A stretch of DNA of 64,000 nt, taken from Mizuhopecten yessoensis (lineage: Eukaryota). How positions within the stretch are numbered: position 1 is the stretch's first letter; every line of letters starts with the position of its first letter. The notes beneath the pieces are model-generated. The model saw only the letters and a program-made list of their open reading frames with translations, searched no databases and was not told the DNA's origin. The stretch is taken from the NCBI RefSeq assembly GCF_002113885.1, contig NW_018406415.1:516746-580745 (forward strand), in the 5' to 3' direction. Shown here in pieces: positions 34,196-47,835 of the stretch. Made by a program: the position numbers and the translations under genes.

Positions 34196-36339
34196 TTAAA
34201 AAAAAAATCATTGCAATTTAAAATCCATTATTTTCTTTAATAAAATAGGTCTTGTCATGTTATACCTAGCATTTATTGCAAACACCAATAGTGTTCAGGC
34301 AGTGTCCTGTTGTTAATTGTATACTGTATAGAACTTGTGGTTTGCAGAGGTTTTATCTCCATAGAATTTGTGACCTGAAACATGGAACTAGTTATGATTT
34401 AATACTGGTATTGAGCAAAATTTCAGCTTCACAAGTTTGTTTGAAAATAGGACCCCGTGAAATTACAGTCCTGTGTAACATGAGTGAGGAAGTAGTGTTA
34501 GTGTGAATGTGAGGAGAGAAAAGGATGGAGAGAAAGTTCATTGTCATACAGAAACATGTTAATGTGGATCACTAGATTTTAAATAAAAAAGTAAGCTTAC
34601 AAATTTTTCTTTGTTTATTTTTTGTATATGCCCAGCTTTGGTGAAGCATACATTGGGATTCAGTTGTCCTTTTTGTCCAAATGATCCAATTAAATTTCCA
34701 TATATTCCTGACTAAAGGTTTCAACCATGACACTTCACAGAAGTAGTCCTGACAATTTTCTTGAGAGACCAGATTACCGATAAGGTCGAGGCTAACATCA
34801 CGATCACATAAAATGTAGAAGAGGTCTACACCATGCTATCCATCAGACTCCCACAATGATGTTGGCAGGCATACTTTGCACTATTTGGGGTAATCTGGGA
34901 TATTTTAACATCAACTACTGTATGCCAGGAAATTTCGGTCAAGTCAAACTTTCTACCTTCGCTAGTAAAATCCATATTCGCCCAGTTTTAATTTTGTTCT
35001 TCACATTTAATTACTATGTTTATTATGCCATTAACTTGTATTCGCTGTAATGATAAATTCGCCCTCAATACAGAGGGCAAAAAGGGTGGAAGTTAAACTG
35101 CAGCAAAATTGTTGTGGTATACAATAGATGCAACACTGAGCACAGGTTAATAGATACCTCTACTGACTTTGTATTTCTGATGAAAACATCCTTAATAGCA
35201 ATCACTGGTGAATGTATATTATGTGGCAACAATTGATTTGAAAAGACAAGTTATCCAGAGATATTCTTCCCCTATTGAGGCACAGTGATACCTAAATATT
35301 ACAGGTGAAGGATTCCTCGATTTAATCTATATTTTATGAATCTCTTTCTTTTTTCATTGAATTTTCCTGGAGCCAATTATTGCGCCACTGAAATGAATTT
35401 GGACATCTATTTTGTTTTAATGTCACCTTTTATGCTGTGTTGTAATGGGCTTTATCATTATATCGAGGGAGATGTATGGAGGTATTATTTTTCTATATAA
35501 AGGGGAGAGAAGGCTTTGAAATATGTTGGTGATCATTGAGTTGGCAAAGCAAAGGTTATATAAAGATTTTTGTAAACCAGCAAGAAAATGTCGAGACTAT
35601 GGCCCCATCTTTATGCTCAGTAAATCTGTGAGTGCAACACACCTTCATATACTAACCTGTTACAGGAAGTACATTAAATTTGCACGAAAATACCTCGGAA
35701 CAATGGATGGGAAACCGTTATTATGGATGGATGCACAACATGAATATTATACATGACCGTCTTAAAGTGGAGATTAACTGATAAAAGTTAGTGTGTATGT
35801 GTGTATACAGAGTATCTCAAATAAGTTTCAATTGAAAGAGATTTTAACGTGGCTGCCCTAGTATCATTGTCACATTCCAGAAATATTTATCATCAGGTTT
35901 TAACTGGCAGGAGAAAAAAAATTGTCATGCAACCAGGAGGAGAACCCTACAAACCCTATGTCAGCAGTATGGAGCACTGGTCACATGGTCCTTCAGTCTG
36001 TCACATGTCATTGTCAAAGTCCTGACACCCTTCATTGGTTGATAAAGGGTTCACAGTAATACGACCCAAAGCTTCAGGTTATTTATAATTGATGTCTGAA
36101 ATGTAAAAGACATACACTTGGAGCTTATATAGCAAATGAAATGGAAACTATTAAACATCTAAGCAGGAAAAGCAAAAGAAAACATCTGGTGGAAAAATGT
36201 TAGAAATAAGGAAGTTACTGAGTCAGAGTGTATAGTATATACACACTTTAAGGTCATCTTTTTGAAAAATATATAGCACTGCATGCCAGCCTTGGTTATT
36301 CATAAGATTATGTTTAAAGTTTGTTTATTTTTTTTACAA

Positions 36340-38015
36340 ATTTGACACCTGTGACCTTGAAAGTAGGTCAAGGCAATTTATTTGAGGAAACTTTATAGCA
36401 CTCATCCCAGGTACTTACTAGTCATGCAGATATTATTACCCTTGGACTCTTGGTAATTCAGAAGAAGTTAATCAACACATTTGACCTTGAAAAAAAGTCA
36501 GGGTAATTCATTTGGGAAACGTAAGCACTCCATCCATGTTTGCTAACTATCATCACCCTTGGCTTTCTGATTATTGAGAGGAAGTTTTTTTAAATTTATT
36601 AAAAACATCTGATCCTAATTTCAAAGTAGGTCAAGGTCATCCATTTGAGGAAAATTTATAACACTTCATCCAAACAGGCAGCTGGTCAAATATCACTATG
36701 GGCCATTTGGTCATTCAAAAGAAGTTATTTGAAGACAAACATATTTGACCCCTGTGATATTGAACATGGGTCAAGGTCATTTATTTGAGAATAAATCTAA
36801 GCTTGATACCTGCAAAATATTATAACCCTAGGCCTTTTGGTTATTAAAAAAATAGTTGTTAGAGGTTTAAACATATTGACCTCAATAGAAGTCAAGGCCA
36901 TTTATTTCATGTTTAAGTTTGTAGCACTCCATCATTCCAGTCATTTAAATTAAATTTTATTTTTACATTTTTGACCCATGTGACCTTGAAAGTAGGTCAA
37001 GGTCCTATATTTGAAGAAAATTTGAAAAAAGCACTCAATCCCAGGTATCTAATTGTAACATATCCTTGGTACCTAATGGTAAAATATAATCACCCTGGAC
37101 CTCTTAGTTATTCAGATGAAGTAATTTAAAAGGATTTTACATATTTGACAGTAGGTCAAGGTTATTTATTTGAGGAAACATTATAACACTCGATCCCAGG
37201 TACCTACAGGGCAAATATTATCACCCTTGGCCTTGTGGATATTCATCAGAAGTTGTTTAAATGATTTTACATATTAAATCCCTGAAACTTTGAGAAAGTA
37301 GATTGAGGTGCTTTATTTGAGCAAATAACTTCTCTCTTGGCATTTTGGTTATTAAGAAGCAACTTTTCATTTTTTTTTCTACATATTTGACCCCTAAGAC
37401 CTTAAATATAAGTCAAGGTCATTTGTTTGAGGAAACTTTATAGCACTCCATCAGCATGCCATGTACGCTATTGTCATATATCATTAGCCTGGGCCTTTTG
37501 ATTATTCAGAAGTTGTTTAAAGGGTTTTACATATTTGACCCCTGTGACCATGAAAGTTGGTCAAGGTCATTTACTTTCATATTACTCCATCTCTGGTACC
37601 TAATGATAAAATATAATCACCCCATGCCTCGTGGTTATAAACAAGTCATTTAAAGGATTTTATATATTTGACCCTTGTGACCTTGAATATTCCGTCTTTG
37701 AGTTATCTTCTCTTGTGAGTAGGTATTGATTGTTACGTCATTGGTTTGTGTGAGAATATTACATCGTTTTCTCAAAAACTGATGACGTTACTCTCACAAA
37801 CCAATGACGTAACAATCAATACCTGCTCACAAGAGAAGATAACTCTGCAATACGAAAAGACAGAATAGGTCGAGGTCATTTACTTGAGGAAACTACATAC
37901 CATTCCTACTGGCCAAATATCATGGCCGTAGTGTTTTTTTTGTATTCAGAAAGAAGTTATTCAAAGAAAACAGTTGACTGATGGCAGACGCTGCACCATA
38001 CCATAATTCATACAA
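36340..38015 (+). mobile_element. HINE/Helentron-associated satellite array (GACCTTGAAAGTAGGTCAAGG family)
   Basis: About 10 or more degenerate monomers related to those at 1300-2210. The 3' end AAAACAGTTGACTGATGGCAGACG resembles the HINE tail. Confidence 0.7.
37690..37865. mobile_element. Palindromic MITE with TA TSD nested in the satellite
   Basis: TA-TTCCGTCTTT...AAAGACAGAA-TA with near-perfect long arms (GAGTTATCTTCTCTTGTGAG / CTCACAAGAGAAGATAACTC). It splits a CCTTGAA-TA-GGTCGAGG monomer. Confidence 0.8.
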
Positions 38016-38746
38016 GCTTGAAATAAGGCATCCAGCTCTTCACAGTATTACAACCTAATGCAGGTGAGGTAAGAAAGGTTAAAAGTCACAGAGCAGTAAC
38101 AAAATAGTGTGTAGATAGTCAGACAGACACGATGATGCCATAATCTGACCTGTGAAAGTGAGCTTGTATGTCATGTACAACAAAGCAATAACAAATCAAA
38201 TAAGATTTGGATGATTAATTTATTAATGTCATTCACCTTGTAACACACAATTCATTATCATACATAATTAATGTTTCCGTTTTCGATTTACATTAATAAA
38301 TAATTTAATTTTGCCTATCTCCCAAATAATATTTGTTTTGGTATATATCGTATATACTGGTACCTAAAAAGAAAAACAACTGATGACGGAACTACTTTTT
38401 ACACTTCAGAATGCAAAATTACAACACAGCTTTTTTTTAGCGCAATTGTTTAGTTTACGTAAACATTAAATAAATCTTTAACTGTGCATTTACAACGTGT
38501 TTGTCTACTTTTTTTAAATTAAATTATAAAGAATGCCCAAAGATTTTTTTTGGTATATACGGTATATGCCAAAAAAAATCTTGGTCATTCCTTAAATAGT
38601 CTGTTTGTGATTTGTGAAATGTGAAACTGCACATAATGTTTTCACACACGGACAAGTTTATGGCCCGAATCGCATACACCACCACCCTTATATTCTCTCT
38701 TACACCTCATTTACAAGTAATTATGTAATTCACAGTGTTTAATGTT

Positions 38747-39556
38747 AACAAGAGGCTCCAAGAGCATGTATCACTCACCTGGAAATGTTAGCAAAATTGA
38801 AGATGAAATAGCTAAATGTTGCTGTATATGTATTTCATGGTTAGTCGGGGGTTATATTTATATGCAATTGGACAAAATCCTGTCATTCCTACAATACTTT
38901 CCATTATTGGGCCCCGCCCCTCTGCCCCCAGGGGGTTCAGACCCACCGTTGATACAAAATTTGTTCCCCTTCACCCAAGGATGCTTTAGGCCAAATATGA
39001 AGAAGAAAGATTTTAAAGCTATTTTCTATTTTCCCTATTTTGCTCCACCCACTGTTTATACAAAACTCACAGAGTCCCCTTGGCCCAAGTATGCTCCAGA
39101 CTAAATAAGGATAAAATCCCTTAATCCCTACGATAGAAGAAGAATTTTAAAGGTTTTACCTTTATTTCCCCTATTTTGCCCTGTCCCTCTGCTCCCAGGG
39201 GGGCCACACCCACCATATACATGTATACACAATTGAGTCCCCTTGGCCAAAGGATGCTCAAGACTAAATTAGAATAAAATCCCTTAATCCCTACGGTAGA
39301 AGAAGGATTTTAAAGGTTTTACCCCTACATGTATTTCGATTGTTTGGCCCCGTCCCTCTGCCCCCAGGGGTCCACACCCACCTTTTATACAAAATTGAGT
39401 CCCCTTGGCCTAAGGATGCCCCAGACCAAATTTAGTCGAAATCTACTTGGCCGTTCAGGACAAGTAGCATTTTAAAGGAAAAGTTGACGGACGGACGACG
39501 GACGACGGACGCTGCGGTATGGCATAAGCTCACCATGGTCCTTCCAGGTGAGCTAA
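38747..39556 (+). mobile_element. Complete non-autonomous Helentron/HINE element
   Basis: 5' AACAAGAGGCTCCAAGAGC, internal ~170-180-bp repeats (GAGTCCCCTTGGCC), (GACG)n at 39486-39511, and a terminal stem-loop AGCTCACC...GGTGAGCT. Confidence 0.8.
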
Positions 39557-40231
39557 CAATGTGTAAAGAAACATGAAACAGAAATTTCACCTTCATTTAG
39601 TTAGTTACTGACATGGTAGTATAGCCATTATGTATCGTGTCAAGACAAGTTCCCGAGACAACCACTTCCAACATTTTTTCTGTAAGAAAGCAAAGCAGTG
39701 TCAATACCTGGTACCCTTGAGTGTAGTACCCCATTAATTGAAAATTCTCATCTTGGGCCCCTTTCACATATACCGTTCAACTGGGTGTCTGTTTTTAAAT
39801 GTAACATTTTCAGGTATAAATCAGGACGGACCTGCAAATATTTATGCAGGCCTTGCAAGCTTTGCCAAGGCTCGCCTTAAAGCAGCATCAGATACTAGGT
39901 CCAACTCTATTTCATAAACGAACGACTCTGGTCCACCTGTTTCAACCGTTTGGATAGCAATAAACGAATGCGGCCCAGGTGTCTTCCGACTTTTTAACAC
40001 CGGCATAGTCTGAGTAGCGTTTACGAATGTTTCACCCATCTCCAGATGTCTATTCCAGGTGTCAAATTTACATCAGGGTGCACAATCTCAAACACATCGT
40101 CACATTAATTTGTCTTTTCTAGCTGTCAATATTGGTATTTGAAAACCTAGATCTAGTAACTGGTGTACCCATTATCCAGAGATAAAAAGCCAGATTAAAT
40201 CAAAATGATGTCTCCAACAGCTGTTCCACTA

Positions 40232-43200
40232 TCATGCTGACACTTCTGCGGCCTGTGAGCTAGATAGAGATGTGGTGTCCGGGTTGAGATTGATAAGTCT
40301 GTTACTTGACTCGGCCAGCTCTGTGATAGATACACGGCCATGTTGTTTAATGTATTTAGCGATTGTCTGTAGCTCCTCAACAGTGATGTAAATAAATTTA
40401 CCCCGGTCATCGATCACACCAGTGAGTCGCCCCTCTGCCACCAGGTCCTGGACACGGTCAATGGCATCCTTGGGGGAAAATAAAATATAAAAAATCACAT
40501 TTGTAGCCAGAAATCTTCAAAAAAAGTTAACTTCCAGTTATCATGTTATGTAGTAGAAATGATATTGGCAATTGAGGTTTCTTTTTAATGACTTGATATG
40601 TATATCAATGTGATTTGTTATGGATGAATTTGGTGATGTGTAATCCAAATATATAACTTACAAACCTGATTACTGGTTATATCATATCTATTTTGTAGAC
40701 GTTCCAGAGCAAAGCTTGTTTGGTTGTTTGTGTTTTACGTCCTATTAACAACTATGGCCATTTAAGGACGTACCAGGTTTTGGTGGTGGAGGAAAGCCAG
40801 ACTTCCCGGAGAAAAAACACCGACCTACGACAAGTACCTGGCGACTGCTCCACATAGGTCTCGAACCCGCAACCCAGTGGTGGAAAGCTAGTGGTAGCAG
40901 AATGACAGACGCCTTAACCACTTGGCCACCGCGGTCCCTTATAACAAAGCTATTGCACCACTGACTATGGGTTTTCATAAGAATACTACAGAGTATCTTT
41001 ACATCTACAAGGCTATTCAAAAGAAGAAAGGGAACTCTTACAAGATTTGTTGGTGCCATTATACTCTGTCAGTGCTACAAGATATTCTATGGAATAGATA
41101 GCAACAACTCATGACATCTGTAAACCAAAAGGATATTGATACTGAAACATGCAACTACTTTTGACAAAACATCTGAAAATGGGACAAAATGATATGCATA
41201 CCGGTAGCAGCATTTTGGGTAAGTAAAGTGCTAATGACATGACTTGCCTTTGTTAATCACATAAATTTCTACATATCAGATATAAATGAAAAAACAAGAT
41301 TCTATACAGTTAAGGGGATGTTCCACACTTTCATTTTTAATACTGCTTTTAAGATATCATTCTCCTTAAACACAGATCAACCTCAATTTCAATAGCTTGA
41401 TTCAGTAGATGGAACATTAACATTAGATCGTCTTCATGGCTAATGAATATGAAAGTGGTTCTTTCTTTTACCCATTTCAAATACCATTTCCTTTGAGAAA
41501 AATAATAATATATTAAATTTACCTGTGTCCTTATTTTAAAGTGTGAAGCCAAGTCTTCAAGCATTACAACTTTTGAAGTCTGCAACAAAGAGAAACAATT
41601 TTTATCTTCAGCAAATGGCAAGTTACTATCTTTTGATATTTTTGATACATACCCTGTACATAATGCTACATTTTCATTCCCGAGTTTTCAAAAATTGAAT
41701 TTAGAGACACAAATTTTAAAGATTCTTCATAATGTTTTAAGAATTTTTTTCCCCTCTATAGTAAATAACAATTAGCTTAGATCAAAATTCTGTTTCTTCA
41801 GGTGGTAATATTCACTTTACAGAATATGTGCTTTGATTTTCCAATACATATTAATTGAAATGTACCGTAAAATATTTTTCATCCTTTTTGTCTATTTATC
41901 AAAACCAAACCTCTTACCTTTATGTGTTCTATGAACTCCTGTAGTAGTGACTGTGACTGCAGTAAAGAAAGGAGAAAGACATCAGTTGTGTATAAAACAG
42001 TAATAAAACTGTAAAGCTAAGGATGTATGCTACCTTTTTGAGATATGCATCTCCTTAAAGAGTTCCACACAAAATAAATCTTTGATGAAGGTTAATTTTG
42101 ATTTAAGTTAAGGATGTATGCTACCTTTTCGTGACATGTTTCTCCTTCACAAGAGAGTTACACACACATAAAATATCTTTGATAAAGGTTAATTTTGATT
42201 TAAGTTAAGGATGTATGCTACCTTTTTGTGACATTTTTTGTTTTGTTTCTCCTTCACAAGAGAGTTACACACACATAAAATATCTTTGATGAAGGTTAAT
42301 TTTGATTTGATGATGAACTTGAACGTCTTTATAATCAGGTAACCCTATATCAAAAGATCTAAAGGGAGATAATTTTAACAAAAACAAATCATTGGTTACA
42401 ATTTGTAAGATAGCATTTCACCTCCAGTGAACTGAACAAAACAAGTATTGTAATTTCATTGTTTATAAATTTTCTTCTGCCTTAATAAACTGGTGTACTA
42501 TAAGTTATATAATAAGGATACCAGATTTTATAAAAGTAATACCGATTTCCTAAATCCTTTACCAAAAAGTATGTACAATCATCTGTTTGTGTATGTATGT
42601 CCTTTGTGGTATTACCAAAATCTTGAAACACTACATATTACTTGTCTTTACAATGCTGACTTTGAATTGAGAACATGACATATTCAGGAAACATTAAACT
42701 TTGTTGATGTGTCAACTGAATACAAAAGAGAGTGAATTGCTGAATATGATTCTTTTTTCCCTCTTTTTAACTACTTATAGATTTTCTACACAATGACATT
42801 CATAACAAACAAGAGATCCTAGAAGGATCTTGGCGACCCACAATCGAAGGATCGTTGTCAGATCTTTTTACTTTCTTTGTTCTTCATTTTCTTAAGTTAC
42901 TTTTATCAATTCCCATGTTGGAAATCCTAAACAGGATCCTTGTACATTATCTTTAAAACCTTCACATGTCATATGTTATTTGCCACTATGAGGAATGCTA
43001 CTTCATGTATATATGATATACCATAAGAATTGCATAACTATATTTATCACATAATGGTCTGTGTTATCCAGTGAATATACCCATGTTTTATTTTTTTGCG
43101 TATTAACCCATGTGACCTATCATATGACCTATCAGCCCTGTGATTGGTTGTAAGTCACAATTGTTTCAATTGTAACGTCTCGCCTAGGACAAGTACATGA

Positions 43201-46200
43201 CGTCACAGACTTACGCACTGGAGTCAAAATGGCGGCTTTTTACATTTCAAGGTTGCATGAAAATTGCCGTTTTCCACGAATAAATGCCCCAAATCTTGAT
43301 TAGGTGATAAAAAGGATCTTACACACGTTTTCATTTCATATGAAATTTTTACAAATTGTCACAATTTTTCATTTAAGCTCACCAGAGGCTCGCTCAATTG
43401 AAAAATTCTTTGACTAGTTCCATTAATCTCATATGAAGTGGAAACTCATGTAAGATCCTCTATGTAAAATGCTAAACACTTGTAATTCTTACATAATAAG
43501 AAGTGCTGTCAATAAGGGATGAATTCTCATTAGGGCCAGGGCTATTTTTAACAAGGGTATCGATGGGAACATACATATAAAATTTGAAAAAGATCCCTTC
43601 ACTACTTTCTAAGAAATAGCGATAACAAACCATAACTGTCAAAATCTAAGATGGTCACTTTATCTATAAAGTACCTAAAGGAGACATAGTAAAGTCTTGC
43701 TACATTTTGTGAAAAGCTGGGCGTTGTTCAAAGCCTGTTCAGCTTAACAAGTCAAAACTGTATTTTTAAAAAAAATATGATTTCCAGGACACTTACATTG
43801 AGGTCAGCCTCAAGGTCGGCTTCTCCTTCATCTTCAACAATAAAACTCTCCTTTATCTTTAGATATTCCTCGTGCTCTCTCCTTTCTTCTTCTTCCTTCA
43901 GCAGCTTCTCCTCTTCTTCCTTTCAATATGACATGTTTACGGTTATCACATTTTCTTAGTAGTTGCAACATTGCAATTTACAGCTATAATATAATAGCAA
44001 GTACACTTAATAACATATACTAGTTTTTTTCTTTAGGGGGGGGATTTGTGTTGTAAACTTCCATTTTTTTCCCTACAACTACACATTTACATATTTAATC
44101 AATAACATAAATCGATAAATGTATAACAAGTAAACATGACTATAAAATCTCCCACGGATTTCCATATTAAATCAATAACATATATATGTATAACAAGCTA
44201 CCATGACTTAATCTTCTACGGATTTCCATATTTAATCAATAACATATAAATGTATAACAAGCTACCATGACTAAATCTCCTACGGATTTCCATATTTAAT
44301 CGATAACATATAAATGTATAACAAGCTACCATGACTAAATTTCCTACGGATTTCCATATTTGATCAATAACATATATATGTATAACAAGCTACCATGACT
44401 AAATCTCCTACGGATTTCCATATTTAATCGATAACATATAAATGTATAACAAGCTACCATGACTAAATCTCCTACGGATTTCCATATTTGATCAATAACA
44501 TATAAATGTATAACAAGCTACCATGACTAAATCTCCTACGGATTTCCATATTTAATCAATAACATATAAATGTATAACAAGCTACCATGACTAAATCTCC
44601 TACGGATTTCCATATTTAATCAATAACATATAAATGTATAACAAGCTACCATGACTAAATCTTCAACAGATTTCCATATTTAATCAATAACATATATATG
44701 TATAACAAGCTACCATGACTAAATCTCCCACGGATCTCCAATGAATTCATGGACACCCTACCCACCCTAGTACTTTTTAGTGCCTACCCTTGACTCTCTC
44801 AGTAAATTTTCAAAGAAGTACTGTTTAAGTCAAGATCACTCTTAAACCATACAACATTTTTTTTGTTTAAATATAAATTGTCCAACATATTACAGGAAAA
44901 AAATAAAAAAATTTGTTTGGTCTTTTGTCAGAAAGTGTATGAATAGAATCTGAGGTAAAATGTGTTTTTGTTTATTTTCATTTTCCTGTAAAATGTGTTT
45001 GTTTCATATATTTTAAGTCCAATCCACATAATCTTTCATTTTAAACAGATCATGAAAAATGATAAATGATCCTGAAACTTCAATTTTCAAAAGAGTTGGT
45101 TACCTTTATTTTGTCCTCAGCCTTTTGTCTATCTTCCTCTTCCTTTCTTTGTTTCTCCAGAAGCTTTTCTCTTTTCTTTTTTTCCTCTCTCTCTTCTTCC
45201 ATCATCTGTAAATCAAAGGGTTGCTTTCCTCATCAGAGTTACATATTATCATCTATATTAGTCCTTTCCTAGCCAACTTTTCTTGGGAGAGAAATCAAGA
45301 TCTAACTAAAGGTGATTGTGATAGTTCACACGAGACCTTGTCTTAATTGCAATAAAATCTATTTACAATTGATAACACAATAAGGTAAAATAGACATATA
45401 TATTTAACGATCCCAGGTGTCCCATTGCACTGTGTTTTTTCTTACATACAGTACCCCCCTTAACTTCCATTTAGGTATAACTAGCACAATATGGCCAGGA
45501 CACTTCCAATGAACAGGTAGCTCAATCTGTTAGCGCGATCGTATTACGGTCTGATGTCCAGGGTTCAAATCCGGCTCTAGCCCCACTCAGTCTTACACTC
45601 AGACACTGTTGTTGATTTTATTTTGTTTATTTCATAGTTATGATTTCGATCAGTCCCACAAGGTATGCTGTTCTTTTCAGTAGTTATTTATCAAAGCTAT
45701 GGTAAAGCCTGAGAAAACAGCTTTTCAATAATTTGTTACAGTTTTAGGCAGTGGTTTGGGGATCCCACATTATTTTTTCTACAATGGTTAAATTCACTAA
45801 ATTGAAATTAAAACAAAAATCAAGAATGAACAGAATTCTGCTGAATGTTGAATTCAAGATCATGGTACTAGAAATGGGTTTTACGTCTGATTAAAAAATA
45901 TTTTAAGTTCCAACTTAACTAACTAACCCCTTTCACCACTGTAGACCATTATGAACTGATCCATATCAATGCATGGTAGAGTTTACTGAAGTTACATAGG
46001 GGTGAAAGGATTAATACAGCAAAACCAATGCATAAATAGATTAAACCTTGTAGTAGAATTCTTTACCAGTCTCTGCTCCTTCCTCTCTGCCTTAGCTTGT
46101 TGTTTAGCTTCCCACTTCTTGCCCTTTCCAGCTGGTAAAACATCTTCAAATTTGAATGTACCATCTTCTCCATCTACATCCAAATCGGAATCATCACCCT

Positions 46201-47835
46201 CACCATCTACAACAAATACGCTATTTTTCAATATTCTGTGAAATGCCTTATAATTAATATACATAACATGAATTCTGTCAGACCAGTCGAAGAGAGATTT
46301 ATTCCCTATCAGACATTTGGTTTTTGTTTGTGTTTTTATACTCCCTATTTTAGGATTAACAGCTATGGTCATTTAAGAATATGCAAGGTTTTAGTGGGTG
46401 GAGGAAAACTAAGTACCCTGAAAAAACCCACCAACCACAGGTCAGTACCTGGGGAAGCCTTGTGTAGGCCACAAACCCACAACCTAGTTTTGGAGGGCTA
46501 GCATATATGTCATGTATGAGAAAAGATTCCATTGATCATTTTTTCAGTAAACAGAAGTGTTACTGGGTGGTCGGATGGCTAAGTGGATAACACAGTCGCC
46601 TTCCACCAAAGCGGCCGGGGTTCGATTCCCCGATCAGACATGAAAAGGTATAGGGTCACCTGCCCGACTATGTGTTTTTTTTCCAGGTACTGAGCTTATC
46701 AAATATTACCATTAATAATGACTTTGCATTTTATGATATCATTTCACAATTAACAGCTTTTTCCATTGATCTATAGGTTAAAAGTTACCGTAACAAATTG
46801 CTCAGACAGATGCCATTCTTAAAATTTCACAACATAATATAAATGTTTGGTCAAACCCTGCTAAAAAAACAAAAAGAAGAACAAGAGAGTCTCAACTAAG
46901 ACCGTTACCAGAGTCGTCATTGCGTCGCCGTTGCATCCTCCCACGTCTGGGAGCTCGACGTCGCACTCCACCAGGGACATTATCAACTTCCTGCCGAACA
47001 GCACCTGGCCTTGGACCTTGCTGCTCATTCTTATTATCTATCAAAATTTAGAAGTTGGATTAATCCTCAGTTCACCACAACATAGAGATTTTATTCACAT
47101 TATCAAACAGTTCTTGGACTCTGAAAGCAGTAAAGTGAACCTTGAATTTCCAAACACCTGGATATTATTAATGACATTTACATGACCCTGTAATAAGGGG
47201 CCTAAATGTGAGGTCACAGAGGTCAAGGCTACACAATTGTCATGCAAGTTGCTGTATTTATTAAGGCGTATCATTGCATTTCCCTAGTTGCACCATTTAG
47301 TCCACCGACTTTAATGAAAACAAAAATTAACCAGCCAGACCGTGATACGTATTATTGTAAGCCAAAAAACCCTGATGACATGGCATAGAAAAAATAAAAA
47401 TATTAACAAAATTTCCTTTATTTTGGCCTCAATTTTATTTTTCTTTGTAATGTTACTCTTTTATACTAAAAAACAGTTTTTAAGGAAATAGAGGGACAAA
47501 ACTGCTTAGTCGTTAGATCAATAACCTTACAATGTTACAGAGACAGGTTTAATACGCCAAGAACTGTTCATGATATACAGTTTACTTTTCCTGTGGGTTT
47601 CTTTATATACATAGAGTACTCTAGATCTGTGTGTAAGCTAAAATCAACAGACAACACAGTGAACACTATTATAGTGTCTATAACAGTATGGCAGACACTG
47701 ATATCATAAGTACATGACGACACTGTTTTGTTTACCTTTTTTCTTTGTCTTCAAAATGATAGATATAATGACAAGAGCTATAGCTATCACAGCAATTACA
47801 GAAATATACACAGTAAACGGATCCACTGGTGCCAT
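40232..47835 (-). CDS. DDRGK1: DDRGK domain-containing protein 1 (UFBP1, UFMylation adaptor), 308 aa, 8 exons
   Basis: Exons 47736-47835, 46909-47037, 46067-46206, 45104-45205, 43797-43919, 41918-41956, 41523-41579, 40232-40468 with consistent phases. N-terminal transmembrane helix, E/K/R-rich coiled coil, [58 protein letters not shown]. Confidence 0.96.
40718..40938 (-). mobile_element. Full-length tRNA-derived SINE (second family)
   Basis: Minus strand GGGACCGCGGTGGCCAAGTGGTTAAGGCG...GCGGGTTCGAGACC head, TTTCTCCGGGAAGTCTGGCTTTCCTCCACC core and GACGTAAAACACAAACAACCAAAC tail. A partial related copy lies at about 46318-46500. Confidence 0.8.
42018..42309. repeat. Three tandem copies of a ~90-105-bp unit
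   Basis: TAAGGATGTATGCTACCTTTT...GA(A/T)GGTTAATTTTGATTT occurs three times. Confidence 0.85.
44090..44740. repeat. 64-bp minisatellite, about 10 copies, in a DDRGK1 intron
   Basis: GGATTTCCATATT at 44220, 44284, 44348 and so on; the unit contains TGTATAACAAGCTACCATGACTAAATC. Confidence 0.92.
45927..46010. mobile_element. ~84-bp piggyBac-type MITE (reverse copy of 12050-12130)
   Basis: CCCTTTCACCACTGTAGACCAT...CATAGGGGTGAAAGGA-TTAA matches the reverse complement of 12050-12130. Confidence 0.7.
46565..46692 (+). mobile_element. tRNA-derived V-domain SINE, 5' part
   Basis: GGATGGCTAAGTGGATAACACAGTCGCCTTCCACCAAAGCGGCCGGGGTTCGATTCCCCGATC...GGGTCACCTGCCCGAC. Confidence 0.7.
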
